Of a DNA stretch of 64,000 nt, positions 11,589-24,800 are shown in pieces. Below the pieces are notes generated by a model. It worked only from the letters and a program-made list of their open reading frames with translations, did no database searches and was not told the DNA's origin. The DNA comes from Macrostomum lignano. Its lineage: Eukaryota. Every line of letters starts with the position of its first letter. Position 1 is the stretch's first letter. A program made the translations under genes and the position numbers. The stretch is taken from the NCBI GenBank assembly GCA_002269645.1, contig NIVC01002729.1, forward strand, positions 33,289 to 97,288. Direction: 5' to 3'.

Positions 11589-12474
11589 ACAGCTTCAGAC
11601 GGCTTCGAAGTGCTGGGTCTGTGGGCGCTTCAGAGAACGACTGACTTAAAAAAGAAATCAGTCACGCGTTAGTAGAGAAAATATTGCAACAGCTTGAAAT
11701 AATTTTTAGTGCGAAGCCAGTCGCAGGCGAGGGTGAGCGTCCGCCTTTCTTCGTCAAAGCTGCATGTTAGGGAGGCCTTACGTGCAGCGATCGTCTCGAT
11801 AATGGCAGGCTTAGCGGGATCTCCGCAGCAGAGTCACCCACGTCCCACGCAACGCGTCATCCAGACGGACCTTTTGGCGTCGGGGTGGTTCAACCGATGG
11901 CGGACGCCACCGGGCTTCCCAAAATCGAACGCAAATCAATCAACGGGCATGGGCTAGAGATACAAATAACATGCACATGCACACGCACAGTAAAGCACTT
12001 CAGTCATCGGTCGACAGACAGGAGTTCCGCAAAATCCTAGCGTACCGGTAACAACGGAACGCGCACAAAATTGACACGAAGAAATAGTTGATGATCAAAA
12101 GTGTTCACGTTTCTGCATGCTGCACCATCGAGAGTAGGGGTTGTTCAACAAACGGAGGAGATATTCAAGTATTTTAAACCTGTCAAAAACTATAAAATAC
12201 ACTAATCACTATTCAAAGCTTAAACAAGTTTCCCTGTCTAAATTCCTTATAGTTGGCAAAACTACGCATTAAGTGATATTATAAAGTGAATTACCAGCGC
12301 TCGTAAATGAAATCCGATGAAATTTCTATAGAAACAATCTGCCATAGACAAAACCTGTTCGATTCGGAATGATTAATCTATTAAATAAATCTTCAGCTCG
12401 AATTACTCGGGCTACGAGCTATGCAAGTTCTTATATTCGGTTGAAACAGACTAAATACTATATAGGACTAGAGA

Positions 12475-15400
12475 ATGTTTAGCAACAACAGTAAAGTTGA
12501 AGTTCAAAAGAAGTTGAGATTAAAGTCCACCAATCGGCTCTCCCCAGCTCTGTGGCCAGTTAAGGCTTCGGTTAAGCGTTTCGAGGAAGTTGACGAAGGA
12601 TGCCAGTCGGTGGCGGTTCCGCGGTGCGCCAGTCGTTTGGAGACGCTGGCGTACGCCGTCCTCTTTGCGGCGGCGTTTATCTACGGAGCCTACGACTTCT
12701 ATGAGGCCATTGGGTCGCAGCCAAATCTAGGTAATTAATTGGTTGACTTCCTTTCGCTTGATGAAATATGAAATATGAGATTGGTAATTTTTGGTGTTTA
12801 AAATGGCGTTCATTGGAATCGAAATGTCACTCATTAGATTCGAAATGGCACCTTTATATCCTATTAATCCCATACACATTTTTTATTTATAGAGCCATGA
12901 ATGTTTGAGTTCGAGGTGTGACGCATTAACTATTTATACATATGCGATTCTCTTTTCATTGCAGTTCTGCCAGCGGAGCAGCTCACCGCTGGATGGCTTG
13001 CCGATTGGCAGGTGAGGCAAAATATATTGCTATGCCAAAGTTTGAATGCAACTGTTAAATCAAAATCTTCATAGTAATCGTAATATATTCATAAACAAAG
13101 AAACTTACAATTATATACACTTTGGAATTGACAGGAATCTCTGTCGATACCGTTGGAGTCGGAAATGATGGCCGGTTATAAATATTACTTGCTCGCTTGT
13201 CTCGGATTTCTGCTGGTCAGTCAGTTGACTCTTCGATTAGCGCCGAGATGGGTGAGCTAATTAGCGTTTTTAATGAGACTGTACAGCTGTTGCACTGTTC
13301 ACAAGTGCCCTTTATCCTGTTCTCAAGTCTCTTTTTTCCGGTGTCAAGTGTCCTCAAACCTATTCTCAAGTGTCCTCAAACCTATTCTCAAGTGTCCTCA
13401 AACCTATTCTCAAGTGTCCTCAAACCTGTTCTCAAGTGCCCTCTAACCTGTTATCAAGTGTCCTCAAACCTGTTCTCAAGTGTCCTCAAACCTGTTCTCA
13501 AGTGTCCTCAAACCTGTTCTCAAGTGTCCTCAAACCTGTTCTCAAGTGTCCTCAAACCTGTTCTCAAGTGTCCTCAAACCTATTCTCAAGTGTCCTCAAA
13601 CCTGTTCTCAAGTGTTCTCAAACCTATTCTCAAGTGTCCTCAAACCTGTTCTCAAGTGTCCTCAAACCTATTCTCAAGTGTCCTCAAACCTATTCTCAAG
13701 TGTCCTCAAACCTATTCTCAAGTGTCCTAAAACCTGTTCTCAAGTGTCCTCAAACCTATGCTCAAGTGTCCTCAAACCTGTTCTCAAGTGTCCTCAAACC
13801 TATTCTAAAGTGTCCTCAAACCTGTTCTCAAGTGTCCTCAAACCTGTTCTCAAGTGTCCTCAAACCTGTTCTCAAGTGTCCTCAAACCTGTTCTCAAGTG
13901 TCCTCAAACCTATTCTCAAGTGTCCTCAAACCTATTCTCAAGTGTCCTCAAACCTGTTCTCAAGTGTCCTCAAACCTATTCTCAAGTGTCCTCAAACCTA
14001 TTCTCAAGTGTCCTCAAACCTATTCTCAAGTGTCCTAAAACCTGTTCTCAAGTGTCCTCAAACCTATGCTCAAGTGTCCTCAAACCTGTTCTCAAGTGTC
14101 CTCAAACCTATTCTAAAGTGTCCTCAAACCTGTTCTCAAGTGTCCTCAAACCTATTCTCAAGTGTCCTCAAACCTGTTCTCAAGTGTCCTCAAACCTGTT
14201 CTCAAGTGTCCTCAAACCTGTTCTCAAGTGTCCTCAAACCTGTTCTCAAGTGTCCAACACTCCGTAGTCAAGTGCTCTACACCCTGTTTTTGGATGTCCA
14301 CCACACAATGCAAAAATATCGTAAACGCTCCTGTTGTTCTCGTAGTCCTCTATAACCTAATCTGCTCATCTCTCATATTGACGGTCTCAAAATATGAACT
14401 CAGGTTCACTACCTATCAACCGCTGGGTGTACATTCGCTGCGACAGTCCTGGTGATTGGCGCCAGAAAATCGCTGTACCTGCTGCTGCTGTTCTGCGGTG
14501 AGATCGTCCTGGCTTATTTTTCTTGGGCCGCCGTTTGGGCGCTGGGCCTGGCAGCTCTGATGCTGCAGAATTCAAATCACTGGATTGACATTCTTGACAC
14601 TGGCACTCTCAGTCAAAAAGGCTACATGGAATCTCTGTTCTACCCAATCTCTGGCTACCTGTACTGCCGCTGCATCTCCGCTGGACTCAGCCTCAACCAA
14701 ATGCTGCGGGACCAGAGACGCCAACCTGCAGATGAGGCACAGCAGCTGAGCCTGCTCCAGTTCCTTAAACTGCACCTTCCCCGAGCTCTGGCTTACGGAT
14801 TTTACCTGCCCTGGCACTTTTCCGGCCCGATCCTCACCTTTGCTGACTTCTGTCGGGAGGCTGAGAGACCCGACAGGCTGGTGTGGAAGCCGAACCTGCT
14901 GCTGCTACTGGCGTGGCGAGCGACTCGCCTGTTGGTGTGGATGCTGCTGCTTCAGGTGCTGCATCATTTCCTACCTGTTGGAGCATTTCTGGAGAGCATT
15001 CGGTCTTACGAGTCCGTGCCCTACAAGCGGCTCGTGTTCTCAATGTACCTGCATGGCCAGAACTTCATGCTGGTCTACGTGCAGCTGTACGGCTGGCCGG
15101 GTCTCGTGTCCAGCATTGACGGAGTCGAGCTGCCGCACTGGCCCGACTGCATCAGCCGAGTCTATACTTACAGGCAGATGTGGCGCGTGTTCGACAGGGG
15201 GCTGGCCTCCTTCATGTACAGCCACATCTACATCCCCATGGGAGGCAGTCGGCACGGCATTGTGAGACAGGTAGCTGCTGTGGCTGCCAGCTTCGCCTTT
15301 GTCTCCATTTACCACGGCGACTCGACCAGCGTCCGCATCTGGGCTGCGCTGAACGCGTTTCATTTACTGCTGGAGATTGCGGCCTGCAGGCTGTACGAAT

Positions 15401-18400
15401 GGAAGCTGAAGGCTTGGCTGGTGAGGTGGCAATTGTTTCCATGTTATGTATATCAGGATAGCCCCGCTTTTCTTATTAAATAAAACAAAATTTGTCAACA
15501 GGTTTGGCTCTTGAATGATGAAAGTAGCGGATTGCTAACCTAACCATTCTCGGTGGGGCTTAAGCGTGAGCGACATCCTTAAGCTTTTACACAGACACGG
15601 CGCGTAGCAAAAGAGGGATTTGTTTTGTAAACTGCAAATCAAAGTTTTGCATGTTTACTCAATCTAAATACTCACCCTTAACTAAGGCATAGCTAGCTCC
15701 CTCGTCTGTATACTTGTATGCAAGAGCATAAAGTACTCTTAACTATTAATAACTAACCATCGAACCCGGTGAACCCTGTCTGATGGGCAGTTCTTGTGCT
15801 TGCACTCAATGAGACAGCAGGTTCACAGACAGCTCGGTGGGAAGAGCCCGATAACGGGCCCTTCCAAACCCCTCAGTGGGAAATTTTCAACTTATTCTGG
15901 TGGCCCGAGATTTATTTCCTCATAAACCAGACGACCGAAATTCCGTATGAAAATAGATTAAACTAGCCATCTAGGGCTTTGGGGCGCCCAATAAGCAAGG
16001 AAAAAATAATTCAAGGAAAACAATTAAAATAGCAAATTTTCTTAAAAAACCAATTCCTTCTTCAATTTTATAAATCACCTTATTCATTCAAGTAAAACTG
16101 TCACGGACAAAGATGCTTGCTATGAATTTCTTTTTTTTATAAAACTAACCAAAAGACAACAAAATAAAGCTTTCACAAAGATAGCAGGCATTCCCCCTAA
16201 ATAGAAAACATCCCCACAGATAGCAAGCATCCCCCAGATAGCAAGCATCCCGCAGATAGCAAGCACCCCCAAATAGCAAGCATCCCCCATCCAAGAGTCA
16301 GCAACCCCAGATAGCAAGCATCCCCAGATAGCAAGCACTGCCAGATACCAAGCATCCCCCAGATAGCAAGCATCCCCCAGATAGCAAGCATCCCGCAGAT
16401 AGCAAGCATCCCCCAGATAGCAAGCACCCCCCATCCAAGAGTCAGCAACCCCATATAGCAAGTATCCCGCAGATAGCAAGCACCCCCCATCCAAGAGTCA
16501 GCAACCCCAGATAGCAAGCATCCCCCAGATAGCAAGCATCCCGCAGATAGCAAGCATCCCCCAGATAGCAAGCATCCCGCAGATAGCAAACATCCCCCAG
16601 ATAGCAAGCATCCCCCAGATAGCAAGCATCCCCCAGATAGCAAACATCCCCCAGATAGCAAGCATCCCCCAGATAGCAAGCATCCCCCAGATAGCAAGCA
16701 TCCCGCAGATAGCAAACATCCCCCAGATAGCAAGCATCCCCCAGATAGCAAGCATCCCCCAGATAGCAAACATCCCCCAGATAGCAAGCATCCCCCAGAT
16801 AGCAAGCATCCCCCAGATAGCAAGCATCCCGCAGATAGCAAGCATCCCCCAGATAGCAAGCACCCCCAGATAGCAAGCATTCCCCAGATAGCAAGCATCC
16901 CCCAGATAGCAAGCATCCCCCAGATAGCAAGCATCCCGCAGATAGCAAGCATCCCGCAGATAGCAAGCATCCCGCAGATAGCAAGCATCCCGCAGATAGC
17001 AAGCATCCCCCAGATAGCAAGCATCCCCCAGATAGCAAGCACCCCCCAGATAGCAAGCATTCCCCAGATAGCAAGCATCCCCAAGACAGCTCAATTAAAC
17101 GTCCGAACTTGGGATTTACACAGCTTATCGTTAGGTGCATCTGGCTGGCAAATCGTTTGATAAAAAAAATCAGTTAGTGAAACCTGAGGCTTGAGACAAA
17201 ACACAATTTATAGCTCGAATTGGTCAGCATTCAGTTGCTACGATCTTTGAGTCGTTGCAATATTATTATTATAAAATGAAACTAACCGATTTCAGAGTCG
17301 CCGCGTTAGTCCCGCCAACCACCAGCGCCTGGTGGCCTACATTATCGGCTTCAATCTGGCCGTGACATCCTGCTTCATTTTTGTCTTCCTAATTGGCGAC
17401 GTATCTGCGCTGCTGTTTATAGTCGAAATTTTCAAGCCTCTACTGCTTTACAGTGAGTTGTAATTCCAATTTTTCCGGGTGTAGAAGCTCGAACTCAAGG
17501 CTGCGCAACAATTTTAATTATGCCAATCCCATTAAACAAGTCAGCACCAAGTGCCACAATTAAGTGCTGTAACCAACCAGAATACCTGATTTGAAAATTC
17601 TGTAAAATCAACTTGATTGGCTGTATTGTCGATGACCGAGTGTTGTCCTGTGGCGGTGGCTTATAGTCACGCAAGTATTCAAAGATAATGGTCGCCACAT
17701 TGACAACTGTTAGTAGAAGGACGCTGAAAATTCGATTTTCTTAGAAATGAGCTGGATTTTCTCGAGCATATCTGTCTATGACACAAATTCAGCACTACGC
17801 TTTCTCATGAGAAAGGGAATGTGAACTTAGAGTCAAAATGGAGCCCCAAACATTCCTATTCCGGTTTCTCTACGTCTACGCCAATCCCTTTATTTGGAGC
17901 CAAGTAGCTCCCGTTGTGCCTGAAACCGACCACTTTAGCATTTGGGGATCTCTATGGGGAGAAATGGGATAAATTATTATTCATGTGAACCAAAAGCTCT
18001 AGAATGGAGCCTGAAGCATTGGATCACGGTTCCTCTATGTCAATCCCTTAATTTGGAGCTTCAAATGCTTAAATGACGAGATGACCACGATAAACGCTCT
18101 TTATTTGTATGAAGAATTGTAGTGATAGTTATCTTTTAACAATGTGTCTGTTATCCTCCTACCCAAGCTCTCATTGTGTTACCTCGCCTTGATGGAGACA
18201 CATTATAGACAGATGATTTCTACCTCGACGAAGTGGAGGGTTAACTCGACGTTTCGAGACGTTTCGGAAGGCTTCCGATCACATGAAATCCCCATTTCTC
18301 CCCATAGAGATCCCCAAATTCTAATTGGTGGTCGGTTTTTGAGATAACGGGAGCTATTTGGCTCCAAATGAAGGGATTGGCGTAGAAAAATCGGGACCGA

Positions 18401-18649
18401 ATATTTGAGTGTAGCCGCCTTCTACTTCAGCTGTCCATGGGCCGCTATCTAGAGAGCAAAGGGATCCGTGATCTAAAATATATTATATCTACAACTACAT
18501 CAACGATCCACTGCATTGCAGGACCCTGGTGGCATCTGTTTGTGGGCCTATTATTGACCTATTTCACTGTCCAACTGTCTCTCCGATACGAAGAATGCGT
18601 CGAGGCTAAGAGAAAGAAAGTCAACAAGGTCTGTCAGAAAATTAATTGA
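12475..18649 (+). CDS. HHAT: Hedgehog acyltransferase-like MBOAT, paralogue 1, ~573 aa; exons 12475-12730, 12965-13011, 13135-13251, 14404-15420, 17296-17452, 18522-18649
   Basis: Six GT-AG exons sum to 1722 nt with consistent phases. Motifs match recalled HHAT: RLETLAYAVLF (cf. RWELALYLL), PDCISRVYTYRQMWRVFDRGL (cf. PRCVSTMFSFTGMWRYFDVGL), FAFVSIYHGD (catalytic His) and RPWWHLF. Exon structure is identical to paralogue 2. Confidence 0.88.
13295..14255. repeat. Intronic tandem array, 22-bp unit (HHAT-1 intron 3)
   Basis: TCAAGTGTCCTCAAACCT(G/A)TTC repeated ~43 times; explains ORFs 13197-14355. Confidence 0.95.
16180..17083. repeat. Intronic tandem array, 18-bp unit (HHAT-1 intron 4)
   Basis: GATAGCAAGCATCCCCCA repeated, with three interspersed CCATCCAAGAGTCAGCAACC variant units. 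Confidence 0.95.
17876..18385. mobile_element. MITE-like foldback element with ~95-bp imperfect inverted repeats (HHAT-1 intron 5)
   Basis: 17876-17969 (CTACGCCAATCCCTTTATTTGGAGCCAAGTAGCTCCCGTT...TTTGGGGATCTCTATGGGGAGAAATGGGA) is the approximate reverse complement of ~18290-18385. No TSD identified. Confidence 0.65.
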
Positions 18650-19194
18650 TCTGAAACACCTGGAAACATATTCAAATTCATATATCAATAATTCATTCAC
18701 AGATCCGTATGAAATATGACTGCTAAATATTAATTAATATTTTATTTACTTAGTTAACTACTATTCCCCATCAACCTGAACCAATATGTTGATTATTCGG
18801 ATTAGCAAGGTGACTGTAATTTTCCCAAGTGCTTATCCTGCTTTGATTTGAATAAATAATCCTGAAGCTTACTGTATGAGTTCTAATCTGAACTTAAATT
18901 AATGCGTCTCGTGGATAGACTACAGCACAAGCAAACATTAATGAATATATATAGTCACTGAAGTCTAACAATCTATTGAATAAAAATCTGATCGGCATAC
19001 AAACAGCTCTCCCAATTAAACTTTAGTGAATTTGAGTCATCCGTTCTCTTTTATATATGAGCTGAGTGAAGGGTAAATATAAATAAATAAGGATAACAAT
19101 GGCAGAAGAGCTGTGGGGCGACCTGGCGCAATGCCCTCGGCAACATGGTCCCACAGCCAGTGCTGACACCAATTCTGCCCATCCCGCTGGCTCC

Positions 19195-19345
19195 TGAGCA
19201 CATGCAAGCGCGCCAATACTGTACGCAGGCACGCACTCACACACACGCTCACACAGGGTGTACAGCGGCCCTGACTTACCTGATCGTCAATCATGTACAC
19301 TGTCTGTGCCTTGGGGTTTGGCACTCATGGCTGTGAATCGCATGA
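19195..19345 (-). mobile_element. Diverged fragment of the SINE family at 25367-25723
   Basis: Shares CAAGCGCG...GTACGCAGGCAC...GTGTACAGCGGCCC...CATGTACAC...GCCTTGGGG with the SINE body; a further fragment lies at ~22185-22235 (+). Confidence 0.65.
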
Positions 19346-19923
19346 CCCGGTGTCAAAAAAAAATGGTCCGAATGACGTCCTGAAATCAGAGTCCTCTGGT
19401 ACGCATTATGTACAAAGTTTTATAGTCGAAATGACGTCCGTTTGCTACTGACGCGGGACTATTTTAGTACTGGGAAATTTGTCTTCTATTCTACTATTAG
19501 TAGAAAATGAAACTTTTTTGTTTCTATACAATACAGTACGGTGTTTAGGGTTGGTTGCTGAAATTTACTTGTTTATTTTTATTTCAATTATTTGCTGCAA
19601 AGGTTAACCACTTCTGGCCAACAGAAAATATTTTACGGTATATACAGTATACTGAGTATAAATGTTTACGAGCAAACGTACTTATTACCAGGAAAGGAAA
19701 ATAGCAAAATTTTTAATGATCGGAAATAAGAATAAAACGCAGATTAAAAGTTATTGAAATAGTTACTAAACTTACTCGAAATACACTACAGCTACAGTAA
19801 AATTTAAACCTGTCGCCCAACAAGTCGTTACTAAGCAGAAATACATGTAAAAACTAGCGAGAAACGAAGCAAAAGCATGGTTTTTAAAATCTGTCAGTCT
19901 TCTAATCATCGTCGCTACTGGAA

Positions 19924-20120
19924 TTAATTATTCTTCGACGCCGTTGCCTGCTGATGCCGAGCCGCATCTGGCTGTTGGTGCCCAGCCGGAGGTCCTACTG
20001 TTCGGCGGCGCTTCACCTCGGCGGCTTCTCTCTCTGAAGCGTGCTTCAGTAGGTCTCGAATCGCACCCTCTACCTCAGCCTCGGAGGGCCTCTGTCTCTC
20101 ATCAGGGTAGAGATCCTCAA
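19924..20120 (-). other. Orphan terminal-exon-like ORF with a helical BEN/DUF4806-like ending
   Basis: After acceptor CACGCAG the frame reads EDLYPDERQRPSEAEVEGAIRDLLKHASER..., resembling from memory the E-V-E-x-A-I-x-x-(W/L)-L-K-H-A-x-(D/E)-R ending of transposon-associated BEN-like proteins. No upstream exon could be joined. Confidence 0.3.
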
Positions 20121-20169
20121 CTGCGTGTGCAGGTTGTGATGGGGTGAATGGATTTGGTTTGTTAATTTG

Positions 20170-20342
20170 ACAACAGACCTCCAAGGAAAACAGCGACAAT
20201 ATTCAAGAAAAGAGAACAAGAAGGGATCGAAGCCCACCTGGCCAATATTCGTGCACAAGCCCTAAATGAATGTGGCTGCCGGAATCGAACCCGGGACCGT
20301 GGTTTGCGAGTCGGACGCGTTTACCGCCGAGCTGCTCTGCCC
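20170..20342 (-). mobile_element. tRNA-derived SINE-like element
   Basis: Minus strand GGGCAGAGCAGCTCGGCGG (A-box-like)...GGGTTCGATTCCGG (B box); no proper cloverleaf acceptor stem. Confidence 0.5.
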
Positions 20343-20734
20343 AAAGCAACAGACATCATCTGGATAGTTGTGTTTCGGTCTGTGTATTGCATATTTTTTA
20401 GAGTTTGAATTGCTGTGTTGAGCAAATTTGAAGCAAACTGCAATTAATCGTTTGAAGCGCTGTGCTGCATTGAAGTCCTTTGACTTTGCAGCCCTCTTTA
20501 GCTGCAGGCCGCTGACGCTATTACTAAACGAGTGATAAAAGGAGGAGAAAGGGGAAGAAATCCCATCGCCAGAATTCCATTCCCTGTAATCCATCAGCGG
20601 AAATCCCATGTCTTGAATCTCATCTTCCAAATCGTCTCCAAATCCTCTACAAAACCTTTCAAACACCATATCTTGCTTTCCCTGTTTGCAGAAACTGACT
20701 GCTGCCATTATCCAGACTCCAGACCCAGCCTCTC

Positions 20735-21195
20735 CTGTCTGCTCTCTCATCTCTAGTCTCTCATCTCTCATCTCTCCTCTCTGCGCTCTCATCTTTATCC
20801 TATTCTTTCTCCTCACTACTTTCTCCTCTCTCTACTCTCTTACCTCTCTCATCTCTCTGATCTTTCATCTCTCGTCTCTCTCCCCTCTCTCTCTTCTATT
20901 TCTTCTCTCTTCTCTTTCGTCTATATTCTCTCCTCTCTCCTCTTTCTCCTCTATTTCCTCGATCTGTACTCTTTTATCCCTCCTCTCTCCCATCTCCTCA
21001 CCTCTCTCCTGCTCTCTCGTTTCTTCCCTCTACTCTACTCTATTCTCTTTCTTCTTCTCTTCTCTCTCCCTCTTCATTCCCGCCTCACTCCTCTCTTCTC
21101 TTCCACCTGTCATCTCTAATCTCCCCTCTCTCATGTCTACTCTCTTTTCTATCATCTCTCCTCTCTTCTCTTTTTACTCTTCTCTTCTCTTGCGC
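20735..21195. repeat. CT-rich low-complexity tract
   Basis: Almost pure pyrimidine on the + strand; explains ORF 20686-21216. Confidence 0.85.
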
Positions 21196-21840
21196 CACGC
21201 ACGAAGTTTAGTTTAGTTTAGAGGCCTTTAGTTTAGAGAAGTATAATTTAGAGGCCTAAATTATCGATCGTGAACCTATTATACTGTACGAACCGTTCTA
21301 AATACGCACACAACAAGCACAAAGTAAAACGGCCCAATTGGGGGCCACACCAAACGCAAATTACACAGAGAAGAATGGAAATGATACGATTAATTGTCAG
21401 TTTATGTGGATAAATCATGATAGCTTGAATGTGCGTACGCAACCCCCCCCCCAAACTTTATCTCTGACATATCACAAAAATGACTACAATCTTTGCAGAC
21501 ATCAAATTTTCTTCATGAAACTGATTTTCAATTTTTCATTAAAATCTTCTCCGTTAAACGACTATCTAATTATATCAATATTATTATCTTATCTTATCTT
21601 ATTGAAGTGGCAGCTTTTGTTTTCCATCTCCATATTACACGTCCATTTTATTCCTTCTTCACCAATGCGGTACACTCGCATGAATGTCTATGGTCGAACT
21701 TGTACTTTTCAAAATCTACAGTGCTCTGTTCAACCCCTGCAAGGCTGCAAAACAAACAGCATGTTTTACTTAAGTCAGAGAAGAAAAGCTTAGCTTAAAA
21801 GAACGTTCAGCCTTGTCCTACCAGATAAGATCGAACATCC

Positions 21841-24800
21841 ATGACGATGGCTTCCACTTCGTCAACTGCAAACTCGGTGCAGACAAGCGGAGACCTTCAA
21901 GGCAAGGAAGCCGAACCGATCAAACGCTCAGCCGCCGCCTCGGTGTCAACTTCCGTTCCCCCCAGCGCTGGGCCTCGGGAAACCCTGCTGTACGCCTCCG
22001 TGTTCGCTGCCGCATTCGGCTACGCGGCTGGCGACTTCTATCTAAACATTGGCAGGTCGCCAAAGAAAGGTTCGATATGATAAATTCACTCTGGTGGCAA
22101 TCAGGTGTATAGGTACATGTTGGCCAGGTATAAATATCGTTCGAGAATCTTGTCGTGTGACTTCCGTCCAAGAGAAAGTCTGTGCTGCTGTACACCCTGT
22201 ATGAGCGTGTGCCTGCGCACGTATCCGTGTGAGTGCTCAGGGATCAGCGAAGTGGGCCGGACTGCTTGCCAATAGTAGTGTACTTCTATTACTTCTATTA
22301 GTAACAGTGTACTTCGTTATTCCTTATCAGAACTCTATCAATCATATGTCGCTCGTAAAACCTTTCTATCTAGCTCGTACGCTATCATTATAGAACAGTA
22401 TAATTATTTAATTGTTTCGCATTCGCTTGCAGAGTTGCACCCTATGACGCTAACGAATGGCTGGCTATCCAAGTGGATGGTAAGAAGGATCCGAGAGAAT
22501 GGATTAATTTCTTAACTTGATCTTTAGTGTTGTAGTCTCTGCATGGTAACTATCTCTGAAAAAACTACAAGTTCAATGTGTTTAAAGGAGTTGCTTAGAT
22601 GTAGTCTTTGTCTCGCGTAGATACACCGCAGGCAATAAAATGTTATCAGCTCGTTCAGCCTCGCCGGTGGTCCAATCTTAATCCACAGGAGCGCTCCTTT
22701 TCGTTGGAATCGGATCTGAAAGACGGCTACAAATTCTTAATCTTTGCTAGCGTCGGCTTCTTGTTGGTCAGTCAGGTCACGATTCGTTTGGCTCCGAGAT
22801 GGGTGAGTCAATATTCAATGCTGGCGGAATCGATTTCTAATGACAAGATAGGAGAGACCGTAACAGAGTGATCAGTCAGGATAGGAGTGACAATGGCAGA
22901 GTGATCAGTCAGGATAGGAGTGACAGTGGCAGATTGATCAGTCAGGGTAGGAGTGACAGTGACAGAGTGAACAGTCAGGAAGGAGTGACAGTGACAGAGT
23001 GATCAGTTAGGATAGGAGTGACAGTGACAGAGTGCTCAACCGAAATGCCATATCCTGCAAGAGCAGCTGAGAAACTGTCAAGTTCCCCATTCCTCATCAG
23101 GTGCACTACCTGGCTACTACAAGCTTCACCTTGGCTGTGACAGCGGCTATCCTTGGTTACAGAACAGCGATGTACTTTCTGGTGTTGCACTGCGGTGCTG
23201 TCTGCATGGGATATTTCTCCCAGTTCGGTGTCTGGCTGTTTATTCTGTCGGCAATGATGCTGCAAAACTCGGATTACAGCAGCGCGCTCTTTCAAGTCCT
23301 GGATCTCGAAGGTGATTACTCTCACCTGTTCTACCCAATCTCTGGCTACCTGTACTGCCGCTGCATCTCCGCTGGACTCAGCCTCAACCAAATGCTGCGG
23401 GACCAGAGACGCCAACCTGCAGATGAGGCACAGCAGCTGAGCCTGCTCCAGTTCCTTAGACTGCACCTTCCCCGAGCTTTGGCTTACGGATTTTACCTGC
23501 CCTGGCACTTTTCCGGCCCGATCCTCACCTTTGCTGACTTCTGTCGGGAGGCTGAGAGACCCGACAGGCTGGTGTGGAAGCCGAACCTGCTGCTGCTACT
23601 GGCGTGGCGAGCGACTCGCCTGTTGGTGTGGATGCTGCTGCTTCAGGTGCTGCATCATTTCCTACCTGTTGGAGCATTTCTGGAGAGCATTCGGTCTTAC
23701 GAGTCCGTGCCCTACAAGCGGCTCGTGTTTTCAATGTACCTGCATGGCCAGAACTTCATGCTGGTCTACGTGCAGCTGTACGGCTGGCCGGGTCTCGTGT
23801 CCAGCATTGACGGAGTCGAGCTGCCGCACTGGCCCGACTGCATCAGCCGGGTCTATACTTACAGGCAGATGTGGCGCGTGTTCGACAGGGGGCTGGCCTC
23901 CTTCATGTACAGCCACATCTACATCCCCATGGGAGGCAGTCGGCACGGCCTTGTGAGACAGGTAGCTGCTGTGGCTGCCAGCTTCGCCTTTGTCTCCATC
24001 TACCACGGCGACTCGACCAGCGTCCGCATCTGGGCTGCGCTGAACGCACTGCAGCTGCTTCTGGAGACCCTGGCCTGCGCTTTCTATGAGAGGAAGTTGA
24101 AGACGTGGCTGGTGAGTCCGGGGATCAGATTGACTGACCCAGAGTGAGCTCCGAGTGACTGATCCAGAGTGAGCTCCGAGTGACTGACCCAGAGTGAGCT
24201 CCGAGTGACTGACCCAGAGTGAGCTCCGAGTGACTGACCCAGAGTGAGCTCCGAGTGACTGACCCCAGAGTGAGCTCCGAGTGACTGACCCAGAGTGAGC
24301 TCCGAGTGACTGACCCCAGAGTGAGCTCCGAGTGACTGACCCCAGAGTGAGCTCCGAGTGACTGACCCAGAGTGAACTCCGAGTGACTGACCCAGAGTGA
24401 ACTCCGAGTGACTGACCCAGAGTGAGATCCGAGTGACTGATCCCAGAGTGAGCTCCGAGTGACTGACCCCATAATGATGATACAGAATGAACTCGAAATG
24501 ATTTGATTCTGGGCTAGTTCAGGACTGGACTTAAGTCCATTGTGAGAGCATGCTTAATTCTGTAATGATTAGGGAAACACTCGTACCTTTAAATATTTCA
24601 GAGCCTGATCCTGAGTCCAAAAAGCCACCAGCGCTTGGTTGCGTACATTATTGGCTGCAATCTGATCCTCACGTCTTGTTTCATCTTTGTTTTTCTCATG
24701 AATACTCTGGACGCTTTGTGGCTCGTTGTTGAAATCTTCAAACCGCTTCTTTTTTATAGTAAGGCTACATTTCTTACATCCATGTACATGTATATTGCAA

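Noticed and set aside
13197-17140. Long ORFs such as SSNLFSSVLKP..., GGCLLS... and WGMLAI...
   Set aside because: Translations of intronic 22-bp and 18-bp arrays.
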